Shown: one piece after another, positions 21,366 to 33,029 of the stretch
Layout: each line of letters starts with the position of its first letter
Position numbering within the stretch: position 1 is the stretch's first letter
Origin: an uncultured Lentisphaerales bacterium
GTDB taxonomy: Bacteria; Verrucomicrobiota; Lentisphaeria; JABSQK01; UBA12247
DNA length: 64,000 nucleotides
NCBI GenBank assembly: GCA_943788985.1
Contig: CALSSJ010000036.1
Span: forward strand, 1 to 64,000
Reading direction: 5' to 3'
Program-made: the position numbers and the translations under genes
The notes under the pieces: generated by a model
What the model saw: the letters and a program-made list of their open reading frames with translations, nothing else
Databases searched by the model: none
Told to the model about the DNA's origin: nothing

Positions 21366-23857
21366 ATGAGGATTGTGACTGCGATCTTTACAATTTTTTC
21401 CTCGATGGCGCTGTGGGCCTCCGTGCAGACCGCCCTGCAGCCAAGCTCCGCGCCGGTCGGCACCACGCTTAGCCTCACCCTGCAGTCCAATGAGGGCGCA
21501 CCAAGGTTGATGGCGTTTCCTACCGTTCCCGGGATCACCTGGATGAATCAACAGCCGCAGAGCAGGAGCAACATCCAGATCGTAAACGGGAGACGCACGC
21601 AGACCTTTCAGGCTACCTACACCCTGCGTGCCACTCGCGTTGGCAAGATCACTCTCCCTGTCATGCGGGTGCACCTGCCGAATCGCCCCAATCAACGCTA
21701 TAGCACACCGCAACTACAGGTCACCGCGACCTCCGTCGACAAGTTCGCCCAGCTCCGGCTGCTATACGATGGCAAGCCTACGCCGCCGCCATCGATTTAC
21801 ATCGGCCAGGAGCTCTTACTGCATGTGGAACTGCTCTACAATAAGGGTGCCAAGATCCATGGAAGCTTCTATACCGTCAACGGCCTGTTCCCAAAACTGG
21901 CGGGAGAAAACGCGGTATTTCAGGAGTTTCAGAAGGGGAACGACACGTTGCGGTGCAACCCGGACTTTACCCTGACGAAGACTAATCAAGTCCATACCCA
22001 GCATCGCCTCGTCGATGGCACCCAGTACGTGGTCATTCGCTACGAGGCGATGGTCAAGCCAATCAGCACAGGCACGATGCGGATTCAGGCGAGCCACACG
22101 ATTCCGCAAGACAGCGGGCAGCAACAAAGGCGCGGCTTCTTCGGCATGGTCCAGTCCGCCCCTGGCTCGGCGGTCACAGTCGACGCCGCGACGCCGCCGA
22201 TTCAGGTAAAGTCGCTGCCCGCGCCGACGGCGGCCGATGGCCATTTTCTCGGGCTCATCGGCGATTGGAAGGTGAAAGGCGCGTTGTCCGAGTCCACGGT
22301 AAAAGCAGGCGATGCGGTGGACTTGATCCTGGGCATCTCCGGCCGCGGAAGCATAGAGAGCCTGATGGCACCCAAGCTATCTCTGGCGGGTTTTCGCCAA
22401 TTCGAACCCAAGGTGGAACGGAAGCAGAAGCTACAGCGCGGCACCGTCCGCTGGACCTTGGTCCCGACCAGCGAGAACTCCCCAGCTGCAGGCGCTGACG
22501 CTGTCCACGTTTGACTACACCAAGCACAGCTACGTCCGCCACGTGATCGAACTGCCGCTGACCGTAGAGCCAGCAGAGCTGGTGGTGGGAAGTACGATTG
22601 GCGGGGCAGTCGTAAACGCGACCCAAGACGATGTTGGGGAAAGCTCCGGCCTGCTGAGCGATAATCCGGCTGCGCAGTCCGCATCGGGTATTCTCTACAT
22701 TAAGCGCGGCCCTGGCATTGCTCTGGCGCTGCCGCTGTGGCACAATGCCCGCCTGCTCTTGATCGCCCTCATTCTGCTGGGGCCAGCACTCTATTTGGTG
22801 GCAGCGATCAGCGCCGCTCGCTACGAGCGCCTAGCCGGAAGTGACGCCTACCGGCGTAAGCACGAGGCCAGCAAGGACCGGAGTAAAGTTCTTGCAGCGA
22901 TCCGCCAGGCTTCGCCCGAAACCCTTCCGCAGGTCATTCAGGACCAGGTCGCCCCGTTTCTAGGGGGCACAGTTGGAACTGCCGCCAGGTGCAACGACGG
23001 AAGAGATTGCCGCTGCGCTGAATGACCCTGAGCTGGCGGAGATGCTGCGCCAGGCAGACCAAGGCAGCTTCATGCCGGGCCTCGCTGGTGGGATTGATGC
23101 GGGAAAGCTAGCCGCGCATGTCTCAAAGATCGCCGTGTTTATCCTGGCGCTTAGCTGCCTGCAAGTACGCGGTGAAGCGACGCACGATGACGCCTATCTC
23201 GCGTTTGAGCGAGGCCAGATCGAGCAGGCAGAGATGCATTACGAGTCGCTGCTCTCGCGCCGTCGAAGCAACGCGGACATTCTTTACAACTTGGGCTGTT
23301 GTGCCTACCGCCAGGGCCGGTTCGGCCAAAGCGCTGCCTATTTCGAGCGCGCCAGGCGCTTGAAATCCGCAGGATTCGGACATCGTTGAGAACCTGAATT
23401 TCGTTCGCAGCCAGCTGGGCCAGGGGCCGGTGAATCCTTCCGAGACCCCGGGCGATCTGCTGCAGACCACGCGTGACCGGTTTCGCCCCGATCAGTGGTT
23501 GGTGGGCGCTGCGTTGCTGTGGCTTTTCTGCTGGGTGCTGTTGGCCCTGCGCCGGGCGAAACGCTGGCGCCTGCTCCCATACGGCACGCTCTGCGCCGTG
23601 GCTGCCAGCTTGTGCGTGATGGCTGCGCTAGTCCAACGGCAGACTAGTTATCGGGCCAATCAGGCGCTGATCACCAGTCCGGACACAGGGTTGTACCCCA
23701 TCGCGGCTCCCGAGTAGCGGGGGGTGTCGAAGCGACCACTACGCTCGGCGAGGGCTCAGCCGCCGAGATCCGCGAGCAAGGCATCGAATGGGTACGCGTG
23801 CGGGTGGGCAAGGACGAAGGCTGGGTAAAGGCCAACGCAATCCAAAGAATCTGGTAG
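21366..23857 (+). CDS. batD: BatD family protein fused to BatE-like TPR/SH3 module (several frameshifts)
   Basis: Signal peptide; QSRSNIQIVNG, GKITLP, FLGLIGDW, GRGSI BatD motifs. Then TPR (YNLGCCAYRQGRFGQS..YFERA) and SH3-like WVRVRVGKDEGWVKANAIQRIW* ending at 23857. Confidence 0.75.
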
Positions 23858-23915
23858 CGATCTGCCGCGTCGGTGTCATTTTGCAGGCTCTACGCCTTCC
23901 CCCTTGGAGTGCCCT

Positions 23916-25338
23916 GTGAATCCTGATATATTTCGCGCCTACGACATTCGCGGTAAGTTCGGCGCAGACTTTTCGCCAGAGGACTTCTACTTCATCGCCC
24001 AGGCCTATGCCAAAGTTGTGCAGCCCAAGGTCGTCGCCGTAGGGCACGATGTGCGAGAAACCTCCGGCTGCCTCTGGCAGCAAATCGTATCCGGCTTGAC
24101 CGATGCTGGCGTAGACGTCCTGAATATCGGTGGGATCTCTACCGACATGCTTTATTTCGCGGTGGTGAACTATCGCACCGATGGCGGCGTCGTGGTCAGC
24201 GCATCACACAATCCGCGCGAGTACAACGGCCTAAAAATGGTCCGCGAGCAGGCTATTCCAATCTCTCGCGACAGCGGGATCATGACCATCCGCGACGAGG
24301 CGCTGAAAATGAGCAAGCTAGGCCGCAAGCCAGTCGGCAAGCGTGGCGTGGTGCGTACCGTTCTCACTCATGGATGACTACGTGCAGCACATGCGCTACT
24401 TCACGGACCTAGGCGAGCTGACTCCGAAGCATCTTCTGTTGAACGCAAACTGCGGCTTTGCGGGGCAGGCTGTCTCTCGGATCCTGGAAGGCACGCCGAT
24501 CACCTATGATTCCATCTTCTTCGAGCCCGATGGCACCTTTGCGTCCGTGCCGCGCGGGCGGCCCGATCCCATGCAGCCGGATAATCAGGCGATCACCACG
24601 GGCAAGTTCAAGAGTGCGGACTACGCATTTGCCACAGCCTGGGATTGCCGACGCAGATCGTTGCTTTTTCTTTGATGAGAAAGGCGATTTCGTCGATGGC
24701 CCGTACGTCACAGCCCGCTTGGGCGAGAGCCTGGTCCGCGAAAATCATGGTGGCAGCGTAATCTGCGATCCACGCGTGATTTGGCCGGTGGAGGCCGCTG
24801 TGAATGCTGTCGGTGGTACGACGATCATCGGCCGTTGCGGCCACTCGTTCATCAAAGAGCTCATGCGCAAGACGGACTCAATTTTCGGCGGCGAGACCAG
24901 CGCCCACTACTATTTCCGTCGCTACTACTACACCGACAACGGCATGATCCCCTTCCTGCTAACCTTACGCGAACTCTGCCGCTCCGGTCGGACCTTAAGC
25001 GAGTGGCTTGGCGACCTACGTACGCAACATCCACTGTCTGGAGAGATCAATTACGCCTTCCCCGACACCGAGGCCATGCACCGTGCGACGGCGGCCTTAC
25101 ACGGCACCGAGAAAGAGCTTGGCGACGGCGAGATCGAGCCAGAAATGGACGGGCTGTCAATTCGCTTCAAGAATCCTACCTGGCGATTCAACGTGCGCAA
25201 GTCCAACACAGAGCCGTTTATGCGGCTCAATGTCGAGGGAATTGGCGACGCCGCTGGGTGCAGACCAATACCGAAACTCTAGGCAAGATTCTCGAAGACG
25301 AGGGCGGCCAGCGCCAGACCCCATTTCGCTGGGAATAG
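23916..25338 (+). CDS. Phosphomannomutase/phosphoglucomutase (frameshifted)
   Basis: IFRAYDIRG, SASHNPREYNG, D-x-DADR, GGETSAHYYF, RFNVRKSNTEP. Confidence 0.9.
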
Positions 25339-25383
25339 CAGAGGCTGGCCAGCGGTCTATCACACGATTGCCTGGGATATTTC

Positions 25384-26173
25384 CTACAGGTGGCGGCCGA
25401 AGTCCTTGCTGAAGCTGCGCGGGTTACCGCGCTTGACTTCCCAAGGAACCACCAGCCGCACGTTGTCCAGAGAGCCATTAAACGGACGACTGCTAAAGGC
25501 GTTTGCGCCGACTCGGATCGGCCGCTCGTGGACGTTTCATGCTTTGGCCGGGAGCGAACTGGATCTTCTTGGTCCGCCCGTTAGCACCAAACAGCACAGC
25601 GCCGGTCGTGCCGTATGAAAGTGTGACCTGGTGCCACTCCCCCACCGGGACACGGCAGCGAGAGCACCGTGATCTCATCCTTGTGGTAGATGTGGGCCTC
25701 GATCTTGTTCTTGTGCCAGATCACGTCCCAAGCCTTGAACACCGAGAACACAGTCTGGCTATACTTGAGTTCCTGCTCGATATTGACCCAGAAGGTAAAG
25801 CGCAAACGGACGCTTCGAGTTCCAGTTGTACATGCACCTACTGGCCTTGCTCTGCTTGCCATCAAAGTACAGGACTCTGTCGCTCGGCCCATCTTTGCCA
25901 AGTTCTTGCTTCGTCTTCGGCAGCTTCACGAGTTTCGCGGTGGATTCCAAACGCAGCTGGTTCACGGAGTAACTCTCGTTTTGCACACTCCGCACTTCCG
26001 GAATAGTGCCCTCCTGATTCATCCGCCAGTCGATGAAGACGATTGACTTGGGGTGCAGCGCCGGGGGTCGTGACCTTGCTAGCTTTGCGGTCCGTGTCTG
26101 TATCGGCCTCGATGCCGTCCTCGGCTGGCATCGACAGCACAAGCCACAGGAGGATAAAAGCATAGCGAGTCAT
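25384..26173 (-). CDS. Secreted LamG/ConA-like jelly-roll protein (frameshifted)
   Basis: Signal MTRYAFILLWLVLSMPA. Joined frames give VLYFDG, FTFWVN, WHQVTLSY, IRVGA, FNGSLDNVRL, and a stop at 25384. Confidence 0.6.
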
Positions 26174-26194
26174 GCGTGCTCCAATGCCTCAGGA

Positions 26195-27189
26195 TTAGTG
26201 TTGCAGGATCGTGTGAATGGCAGAAAGCTCTTTATCTGACAGCTCCAAGTTTGTCAGAGCCGCTACATTCTCTTCGAGCTGTTGCGGCAGACTGGCGCCC
26301 ACCAGCACGCTGGTCACGCGCTTGTCGCGCAGTAGCCAGGCCAACGCCAGTTGGGTAAGCTGTTGCCGGCGCTGATGCGCCATCACGTTCAAGGCACCAA
26401 TACGTTTTGAGCACGGCTTCGGTGACATGCTCCGCCTTGAGCGTGCCATGAACCTTGGCCGCCCGAGAGTTGTTCGGAATCCCGCGCAGGTACTTGCTGG
26501 AAAGTATCCCCTGGGCCAACGGCGAGAAGGCGATACAGCCCACTCCGCTATCTCCCACCTCGTCCAGCAACCCATCCTCGGCATTGCGCTCGAGCATGTT
26601 GTAGCGTACCTGGTGCACCAGGCATGGCGTGCCCAGATCCTTCAAAATCTTCACCGCCGTCTTCGTTTGCTCTGCAGAATACTTGGAGACGCCCACATAC
26701 AGCGCTTTACCGGACCGGACGATGGCATCCAATGCCTGCATCGACTCTTCGATCGGGGTTTCTGAGTCGGGGCAGTGGTGGTAGAAAATGTCCACATAGT
26801 CCAGCCCCATGCGTTCCAGGCTCTGGTCCAGGCTCGCCATGAGATGCTTTTTTCGATCCGCCCTTGCCATACGGCCCTTCCCACATCGGGTGCCCGGCCT
26901 TGGTCGAGATGATCAGTTCGTCTCTGTGGCTGGCAAGACACTCCTTGATAATCCGCCCGAATGTTTCTTCAGCAGATCCTGGCGGCGGCCCGTAGTTGTT
27001 GGCCAAATCAAAGTGCGTCACACCAAGGTCGAATGCGCGGACGATCAGGTCTCGCGCTGTCGAGCGTGAGTCCACGCTGCCAAAGTTATGCCAGAGCCCG
27101 AGCGAGACAGCAGGTAACTTCAAACCAGAGCGACCACAGCGGCGATAGGTCATAGACTTATAGCGAGACGACGAAGCTGTATGTGACAT
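26195..27189 (-). CDS. mgrA: Aldo/keto reductase, MgrA/YghZ (L-glyceraldehyde-3-phosphate reductase) type, frameshifted
   Basis: YRRCGRSGLKLPAVSLGLWHNFG, THFDLANNYGPPPGSAE, MGLDYVDIFYHH, QLALAWLLRDKRVTSVLVGAS. Confidence 0.9.
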
Positions 27190-27297
27190 GAACGATTCCT
27201 ACTGTAGTATATGTATCGAGTGGTAATAGAACCGCGCTTGTGAGATATCACAAGAAGTGCGGGCAGTACTGAACCCACAAAAAACGGGAGGCCCAGC

Positions 27298-29426
27298 ATG
27301 ATAGACACCCCAGACACGCCTGCAGATCCAGAGCAGCAGCCCGATCAGGCCGCTGAGCAAATTGATCGTGCCGAGGCGGAAACCATCCCAGAAGCCCCCG
27401 CCCCTTCCGTCGATCCCGACGCGGCGACCTCTCCAAACATTCAGTCTACCCCGGACTTCCGCCCCGACACCCCGGACCCTAAAGTTCCTGCTCCACCAAG
27501 ACGTCTCCTTGCGCAGTATCAGAGGACCTACTCAATTACGAGATCATTCCCTCCAAGCGCAGCGTCAATCCCGAAGAGCAGATCGCGTATCTCGGAGACT
27601 CGGAGGGCGATGCCCAAGTGCTCAACGAGTCCATGGGCAAGCTGATGAAAGAGCGCGGCATGATCAATGACGAGCAGCTCGCCAAAGCCCGCGAGCATCA
27701 AGAGCGCACCGGCCAGCCCTTCCTGCGCACCTTGCTGCAGACAGAAATTGCCATGCCGCAGCAGATCGATGAACTCCTCCACATGCGGATTCCCTTCCCG
27801 ATCGGCAAAATGCCCGCAGATGCCTTTACCAATTGGCTAATTGAGAGCAAGGCTGCCAGCCGCGAGCAACTAGCCGCGGCCTGGGAAGACGCCCGCGCGG
27901 CCAAAACAGACTTCATCACCCATCTCCGCACTTCCGAACTGGTCAATGACACCCAGCTGGCACAGGCCATGGCCGCCGAAAGCGAGATGCCGTTCGAAGA
28001 AGTTACTGGCGTTGAATCAATCTCCCAAGACATCCTAAGTGCCGTCCCCACGACCCTGCTGATAAAGCGCAAGGCGCTGCCGCTGCGCATGGGAAGATGA
28101 TGAATTAGTGGTGGCATTCGCCGATGCTGTGGATGTGCATGAGTTGGATAAAATGGAGCTAACGCTGGACCATCGCGTCCGCTCTGTACTAGTGCCGCGG
28201 GATCAACTCATGGCCCTGCTTGACCGCGTCCTCGACTCCGCTGTTGACCTGCCGCCAGAACAAGTAACGGACACCAGTGCCTGCCCCGAATACTCGATCT
28301 CATCCTGCGCGGGCTGATTCGCTGCCGCGGCACCGATGTGCATTTCGAGCCGCAGCGCTCGAGCACCCGCGTACGCTACCGAGTGGATGGCCGCCTCCAT
28401 GACATGATGACGCCTGGACCCGCCCACTGCGCGCCGCCTCGCCGCGCGTGTCATGACCCTGGCGGACATGAACGTGACCGAGAAACACCGGCCGCAAGAT
28501 GGCCACCTCACCTACAAGCTGGACGACACCGATTGCGATGTTCGCATTGCTTCTGTGCCGTGCAACCACGGTCAAAAACTGGCGCTGCGCCCGCGTCCAA
28601 GCTCACATGGCGCATTGCTCCCTAGAGCAGCTAGGCATGGGCAAAAGCCAGCGCCAGGCCATGGACGCCGTGATGAGCGAGCCCAACGGTTTGATTCTGG
28701 TTTCCGGCCCGGTCGGCGCTGGCAAGACCACCACGTTGTATTCCTGCCTGTCCTGTTTGGACTGCCTGGCGAACAACATCATGACCATCGAAGACCCGAT
28801 CGAGTATGAGCTGCCCGGTGGGGCCCAGATTCAGGGTAAACGAACGGTTGGAACTAACCTTTGCCAGTGGCCTGCGCGCCATCCTCCGGCAGGACCCGGA
28901 TGTCATCCTCGTGGGTGAGATTCGCGACGGAAGAGACCGCACAGGGTCGCCGTGCGCGCAGCCATGACCGGCCAGCTCGTGTTCTCTACGCTGCATGCGA
29001 ACTCCGCAGCCACAGCGGTCACCTCGTTGCTGAACCTCGACGTCCCGCCTTATCTAGTGAGCCAGGCAGTCACCGGCGTTGTTTTTCAGGAGCTACTGCG
29101 GAAAGTCTGCCCCGAATGCCAGTATGACGTCGAGCTGACCGAATTTATGCGGCGCGAGCTTGGCTTGGCGGCCGATGATCGTCGCAAGCTCAGTCGCGGT
29201 CGCGGCTGTAAGCACTGTCTGCAAACCGGCTATTCCGGGCGGGTCGGCGCGTACGAGATTCTCCATGTAGATGAAGCGTTTCGAGACGTCATCATCCGCC
29301 AGCCCACATCCCATGAGCTAAATGATGCCGCCGAGAAGGCTGGCATCCTGTCCTTGCGGGCCCACGCGACTCAGCTGGTGCTTAACGGCGGTGACCACCT
29401 TCGATGAGATGCAACGCGTACTTTGA
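27298..29426 (+). CDS. GspE/PilB family secretion ATPase with MshEN-like N-terminal domains (many frameshifts)
   Basis: [21 protein letters not shown], Walker [53 protein letters not shown] tetracysteine, GYSGR. Confidence 0.88.
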
Positions 29427-30151
29427 AACCAGCCGAACAGCCTCCCGTCACCGTTGTGGTCCCCTGCTACAACGAGGCCAACCGCCTAGGCAGAATCTTC
29501 GAGCTCATCCGCCAAGCGCAATCCCGAAACTGGGAGTGGCTCTTTGTCGACGATGGCTCCAGCGACAGTACTGCCCAAGACATCCGCGATTTTGCCAAGA
29601 CGGTCTCAGGCGTCAAACTCCTTAGCTTGGAGCGAAATAGCGGAAAGGGCTGTGCGGTTCGCCACGGCCTCGCCATGGGAATCGGTCGCTTGGTCGGCTA
29701 TGTCGATGCAGACCTCGCAGCCGATCCGCTGCTGTTCGACCGTTACAGCGAAGACCAAACTCTCCTCGACGGCGAAGAGATCTTGCTCGGCATTCGCGTC
29801 AAGACCCACGACGGCAACGTCCAGCGCCTCCTCTACCGGCATCTGATGGGCCGCGCTTTCCAAACCTACGCCTCTCTGGCCACCGGCCTCACCGTCTACG
29901 ACACCCAGTGCGGCTTCAAACTGATGTCCCGCGAGCGCGCCGCCGAATTAGCGAGCGGGATGACCTGCGATGGCTTTGCCTTCGACGTCGAGCTGTTGAT
30001 GCTCGCCAAGAAGGCCGGGCTGCGCTTGCGAGAAGAAATGATCCCCTGGGAGGAGCAAGGCGACTCGCGCGTCCGCTTTCGCCACATCATCCAGATGGCC
30101 TTTGAAATCCTCAGAATTCGCCGCGCACTCGGTCCCGTACGTGATTCTTAG
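29423..30151 (+). CDS. Glycosyltransferase family 2, dolichyl/polyprenyl-phosphate glucose synthase-like
   Basis: VVPCYNEANRL, VDDGSSD, NSGKGCAVR, DADL, DTQCGFKL, FAFDVELL. Confidence 0.9.
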   Translation: MKPAEQPPVTVVVPCYNEANRLGRIFELIRQAQSRNWEWLFVDDGSSDSTAQDIRDFAKTVSGVKLLSLERNSGKGCAVRHGLAMGIGRLVGYVDADLAADPLLFDRYSEDQTLLDGEEILLGIRVKTHDGNVQRLLYRHLMGRAFQTYASLATGLTVYDTQCGFKLMSRERAAELASGMTCDGFAFDVELLMLAKKAGLRLREEMIPWEEQGDSRVRFRHIIQMAFEILRIRRALGPVRDS

Positions 30152-30162
30152 CTCTGACCTGC

Positions 30163-31740
30163 ATGGATAGCCCGCTACCGGAAACACCTCACCCTTGGAA
30201 GACGCCAGAGAACTACGCGCTCGCTGGCGGCATCTTTACCGGCCTGGTCTGCGTCCTTTGCAGCTACCAGCACTTCGGTGTGACCTGGGACACAAACACG
30301 CAGCTGACCTACGCCGACCTGGTGATCGGCTACTTTGCCAGCGGTGGCACCGACACCTCCTGCAACCAATTCTATAACCTGCGCTACTATGGCGGCCTGT
30401 TCGAAGTCCTCGCGACCCGCTTTGGCCGAATCTTCAGCAGCGATGTTTTTGTCGGTCGCCACCTCTTCACCGGCCTTGTGAGTGTGGCCGCCATCCCCGC
30501 CGTAATGCAGGCTGCCCGCCAACTAGGCTGTCGCTGGATTGGCATGGCCTGCGCCGGGCTCGCCCTCTTCCTTCTACCGCGCTGGCTCGGGCACACCTGC
30601 AATAACTCCAAGGATCTGCCCTTCGCCGTCGGCTTTGCCTGGAGCATCGTGCTGATGATGAGCCTCTGGCGCGATCCAGATCTTCCCTGGCGCCATGTCA
30701 TCCTCGCCGCCGGCGCCGTCGGCCTCACCATGGCCTGCCGAGCAGGCGGTATCCTGCTCTACGGCTTTGCCGGCCTCGGCCTCGCCCTGCACATCTGGGC
30801 CCATCACGACCGCTGGACGCAAGTGGACTACTGGCCGCGCGGGCTACTCAAAGGAGCAGTCTTCATCGCCATCAGCTGGCTCTTGATGATTGCCTGCTGG
30901 CCCTGGGCGCACGAGAACCCCATTCTCCATCCCATCGCCGCCATCCAGGAAGCCGGCAGCTTCAGCCAAGAAAAGACCGTCCTGCTCGCGGGCAGCGAAC
31001 TCACCAGCGACGCCCTGCCCCGCAGCTACCTACTTCGCTACCTCTGGCTTAGCACCCCAACGGTCCCGCTGCTCCTCGCCCTGATCGGCCTGGGCATCGT
31101 GATATGCGAACTCCGCAAACTGCGGAGTTCGCACGCCCTCTGGCTGCTGTGGGTCGCATTCCCCCTTGCGTACTTCGCAATCCTGCGCCCACACGTCTAC
31201 GATGGCCTGCGGCATTTTCTATTCCTCTTGCCTGCACTCGCAGTCGGTGCGGCGGTCGGCGCAGAGCGACTGATCGACAAGCGCCGCTGGCTTGCCCCGC
31301 TGTTGGCGGTGTTAGCCCTCGCGACGTTTGCGGAGTCCGCACGCTGGCATCCCTACCAGACCAGCTACTTCCAGCCGCTCGTAGGTGGCGAGCTACACGA
31401 GCTCTACGATGTCGACTACTGGGCGTCCTCCTATCGTGAAGCCGCCCTGTGGATCGCCGAGCAATCCGGCGACCGCCCCGTCCGCATCTTGCTGGCCGCC
31501 AACAAGCACTCGCAGGTATGTTTTACGAACTTCGCAACCCCCAACATGGAGCTGTTCACGATCTTCTCTGGCCACCAGACTGGTCCGGTCCCGCCGGGGA
31601 TCGACTACTACGTCGGCATGGCGCGCTACGGGTTCGCAGACTTCTTCAGCGACTCGCCCATTGTGTATCGCATTGGCCGAAGCCGGGCGCGCCTGGCCGT
31701 GATTCGCCAAGCTGCCGGCCCTTTGAAAGCCGCGGAGTAG
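30163..31740 (+). CDS. GT-C fold (ArnT/PMT-like) integral membrane glycosyltransferase
   Basis: GVTWD, YYGGLFE, PRWLGH..NNSKDLPFA, YDGLRHFLF, HPYQTSYF, DVDYWASS; about 11 TM segments. Confidence 0.82.
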   Translation: MDSPLPETPHPWKTPENYALAGGIFTGLVCVLCSYQHFGVTWDTNTQLTYADLVIGYFASGGTDTSCNQFYNLRYYGGLFEVLATRFGRIFSSDVFVGRHLFTGLVSVAAIPAVMQAARQLGCRWIGMACAGLALFLLPRWLGHTCNNSKDLPFAVGFAWSIVLMMSLWRDPDLPWRHVILAAGAVGLTMACRAGGILLYGFAGLGLALHIWAHHDRWTQVDYWPRGLLKGAVFIAISWLLMIACWPWAHENPILHPIAAIQEAGSFSQEKTVLLAGSELTSDALPRSYLLRYLWLSTPTVPLLLALIGLGIVICELRKLRSSHALWLLWVAFPLAYFAILRPHVYDGLRHFLFLLPALAVGAAVGAERLIDKRRWLAPLLAVLALATFAESARWHPYQTSYFQPLVGGELHELYDVDYWASSYREAALWIAEQSGDRPVRILLAANKHSQVCFTNFATPNMELFTIFSGHQTGPVPPGIDYYVGMARYGFADFFSDSPIVYRIGRSRARLAVIRQAAGPLKAAE

Positions 31741-31793
31741 CGTTACCAGACCCGTCCACTCTTGCCCATGAACTAAACAGTCGGAGAAACTGA

Positions 31794-33029
31794 ATGGCTG
31801 CCAAAAAGAGCAAATCCAAGAAGAACAAAACGAAGCCTTCCAAGAGCGACAAGGCCCTCGACAAGCAGAACAAGGCCGCGAAGAAGGCCGCGAAGAAGGC
31901 CGAAAAGGGCAAGAAAGCTAAGAAGGGTGCTGCGCCAGCCAAGGCTGGGAATCCTGCGCTGGATGCGGGACTGCTGGCTAACAAGCGCATCAAAGATCCG
32001 GTGCGCGTGGGCATTGTCGGGCTGGGGCGAATCGGCTGGGATCATCACGCCCAGGCCGTGGCGCAACACAATGGGTTTGAGCTGGCAGCTGCCTGTGACC
32101 TCATGCCGACACGCGTACGAGAAGTCGTCGACGCGACTGGCTGCAGCGGGTATGCAGACCTCGCAGAAATGCTGGCCGACGATGCTGTCGAATTGGTGAT
32201 CGTCTGCACGCAGACAGTGGATCATGAGCGCATGGCGATTCAGGCGCTGAAGGCCGGCAAGCACGTGCTCTGCGAAAAGCCCGCTGTGCGGACTCCGCAA
32301 GGCGTGGACCGCATGATCAGCGCCGCCAAGGCCAACGACAAGCTGGTAACCATCCACCACAACTACCGGCGCAACCCGGAGTTTCTGGTCGCCCGCGAGA
32401 TCATCGCAAGCGGAGTCATCGGCAAAGTGTTTCGGATCAAGCGGCGCGTTGCGAACTTCGCACGCCGCAATGACTGGCAAGTGCTTTTGAAGTACGGCGG
32501 CGGCATGCTCGGCAACTGGGGCGTGCACTTGGTCGACCAAGGCCTGCAGCTGGCCGGTTCCGAGCCCGGTCGGGTCTGGGGCGCAGTGGGGCACCACTTC
32601 AATCCCGGCGATGCCGAGGATGACATCAAGGCCGTCTTCGAATGCAAGAACGGCGTGGTCGTCGACATCGACATGACCTGCGTCGACGCATCCCCCGGGC
32701 CAAGCTGGGTCATTCAAGGCACACACGGTACCTTCTGGATCATGGGCAGCACGGCCACCGTCAAGTACTTCGAGCCCAAGGCGCTGCCCAAGATCCGTAC
32801 GGTCGACAAGACACACGCCCTGAACCGCGCCTACGGCGTCCGGCCAGGACCAGAGAAGATTGACTGGATCGTCGATGAGTTTCCGGTGCGGCCCAAGGGC
32901 AGCTACGACAGCTTTTACGACAATCTCTATGAGGCGATCCGCAAGGGGGCAGAGCTACAGGTCACCCCGGAAAGTGCACGCACCACCTACGACGTGCTCG
33001 CACGGATCCGCCGCGGTAGCGGCTTCTAA
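31794..33029 (+). CDS. Gfo/Idh/MocA family oxidoreductase with Lys/Ala-rich N-terminal extension
   Basis: VGIVGLGRIG Rossmann motif, GKHVLCEKP, GGGMLGNWGVHLVD. Confidence 0.9.
   Translation: MAAKKSKSKKNKTKPSKSDKALDKQNKAAKKAAKKAEKGKKAKKGAAPAKAGNPALDAGLLANKRIKDPVRVGIVGLGRIGWDHHAQAVAQHNGFELAAACDLMPTRVREVVDATGCSGYADLAEMLADDAVELVIVCTQTVDHERMAIQALKAGKHVLCEKPAVRTPQGVDRMISAAKANDKLVTIHHNYRRNPEFLVAREIIASGVIGKVFRIKRRVANFARRNDWQVLLKYGGGMLGNWGVHLVDQGLQLAGSEPGRVWGAVGHHFNPGDAEDDIKAVFECKNGVVVDIDMTCVDASPGPSWVIQGTHGTFWIMGSTATVKYFEPKALPKIRTVDKTHALNRAYGVRPGPEKIDWIVDEFPVRPKGSYDSFYDNLYEAIRKGAELQVTPESARTTYDVLARIRRGSGF

Noticed and set aside
223..29426. Programmed frameshifting or alternative genetic code
   Set aside because: Shifts are numerous, at arbitrary positions and in ordinary enzymes; long genes elsewhere read cleanly in code 11.
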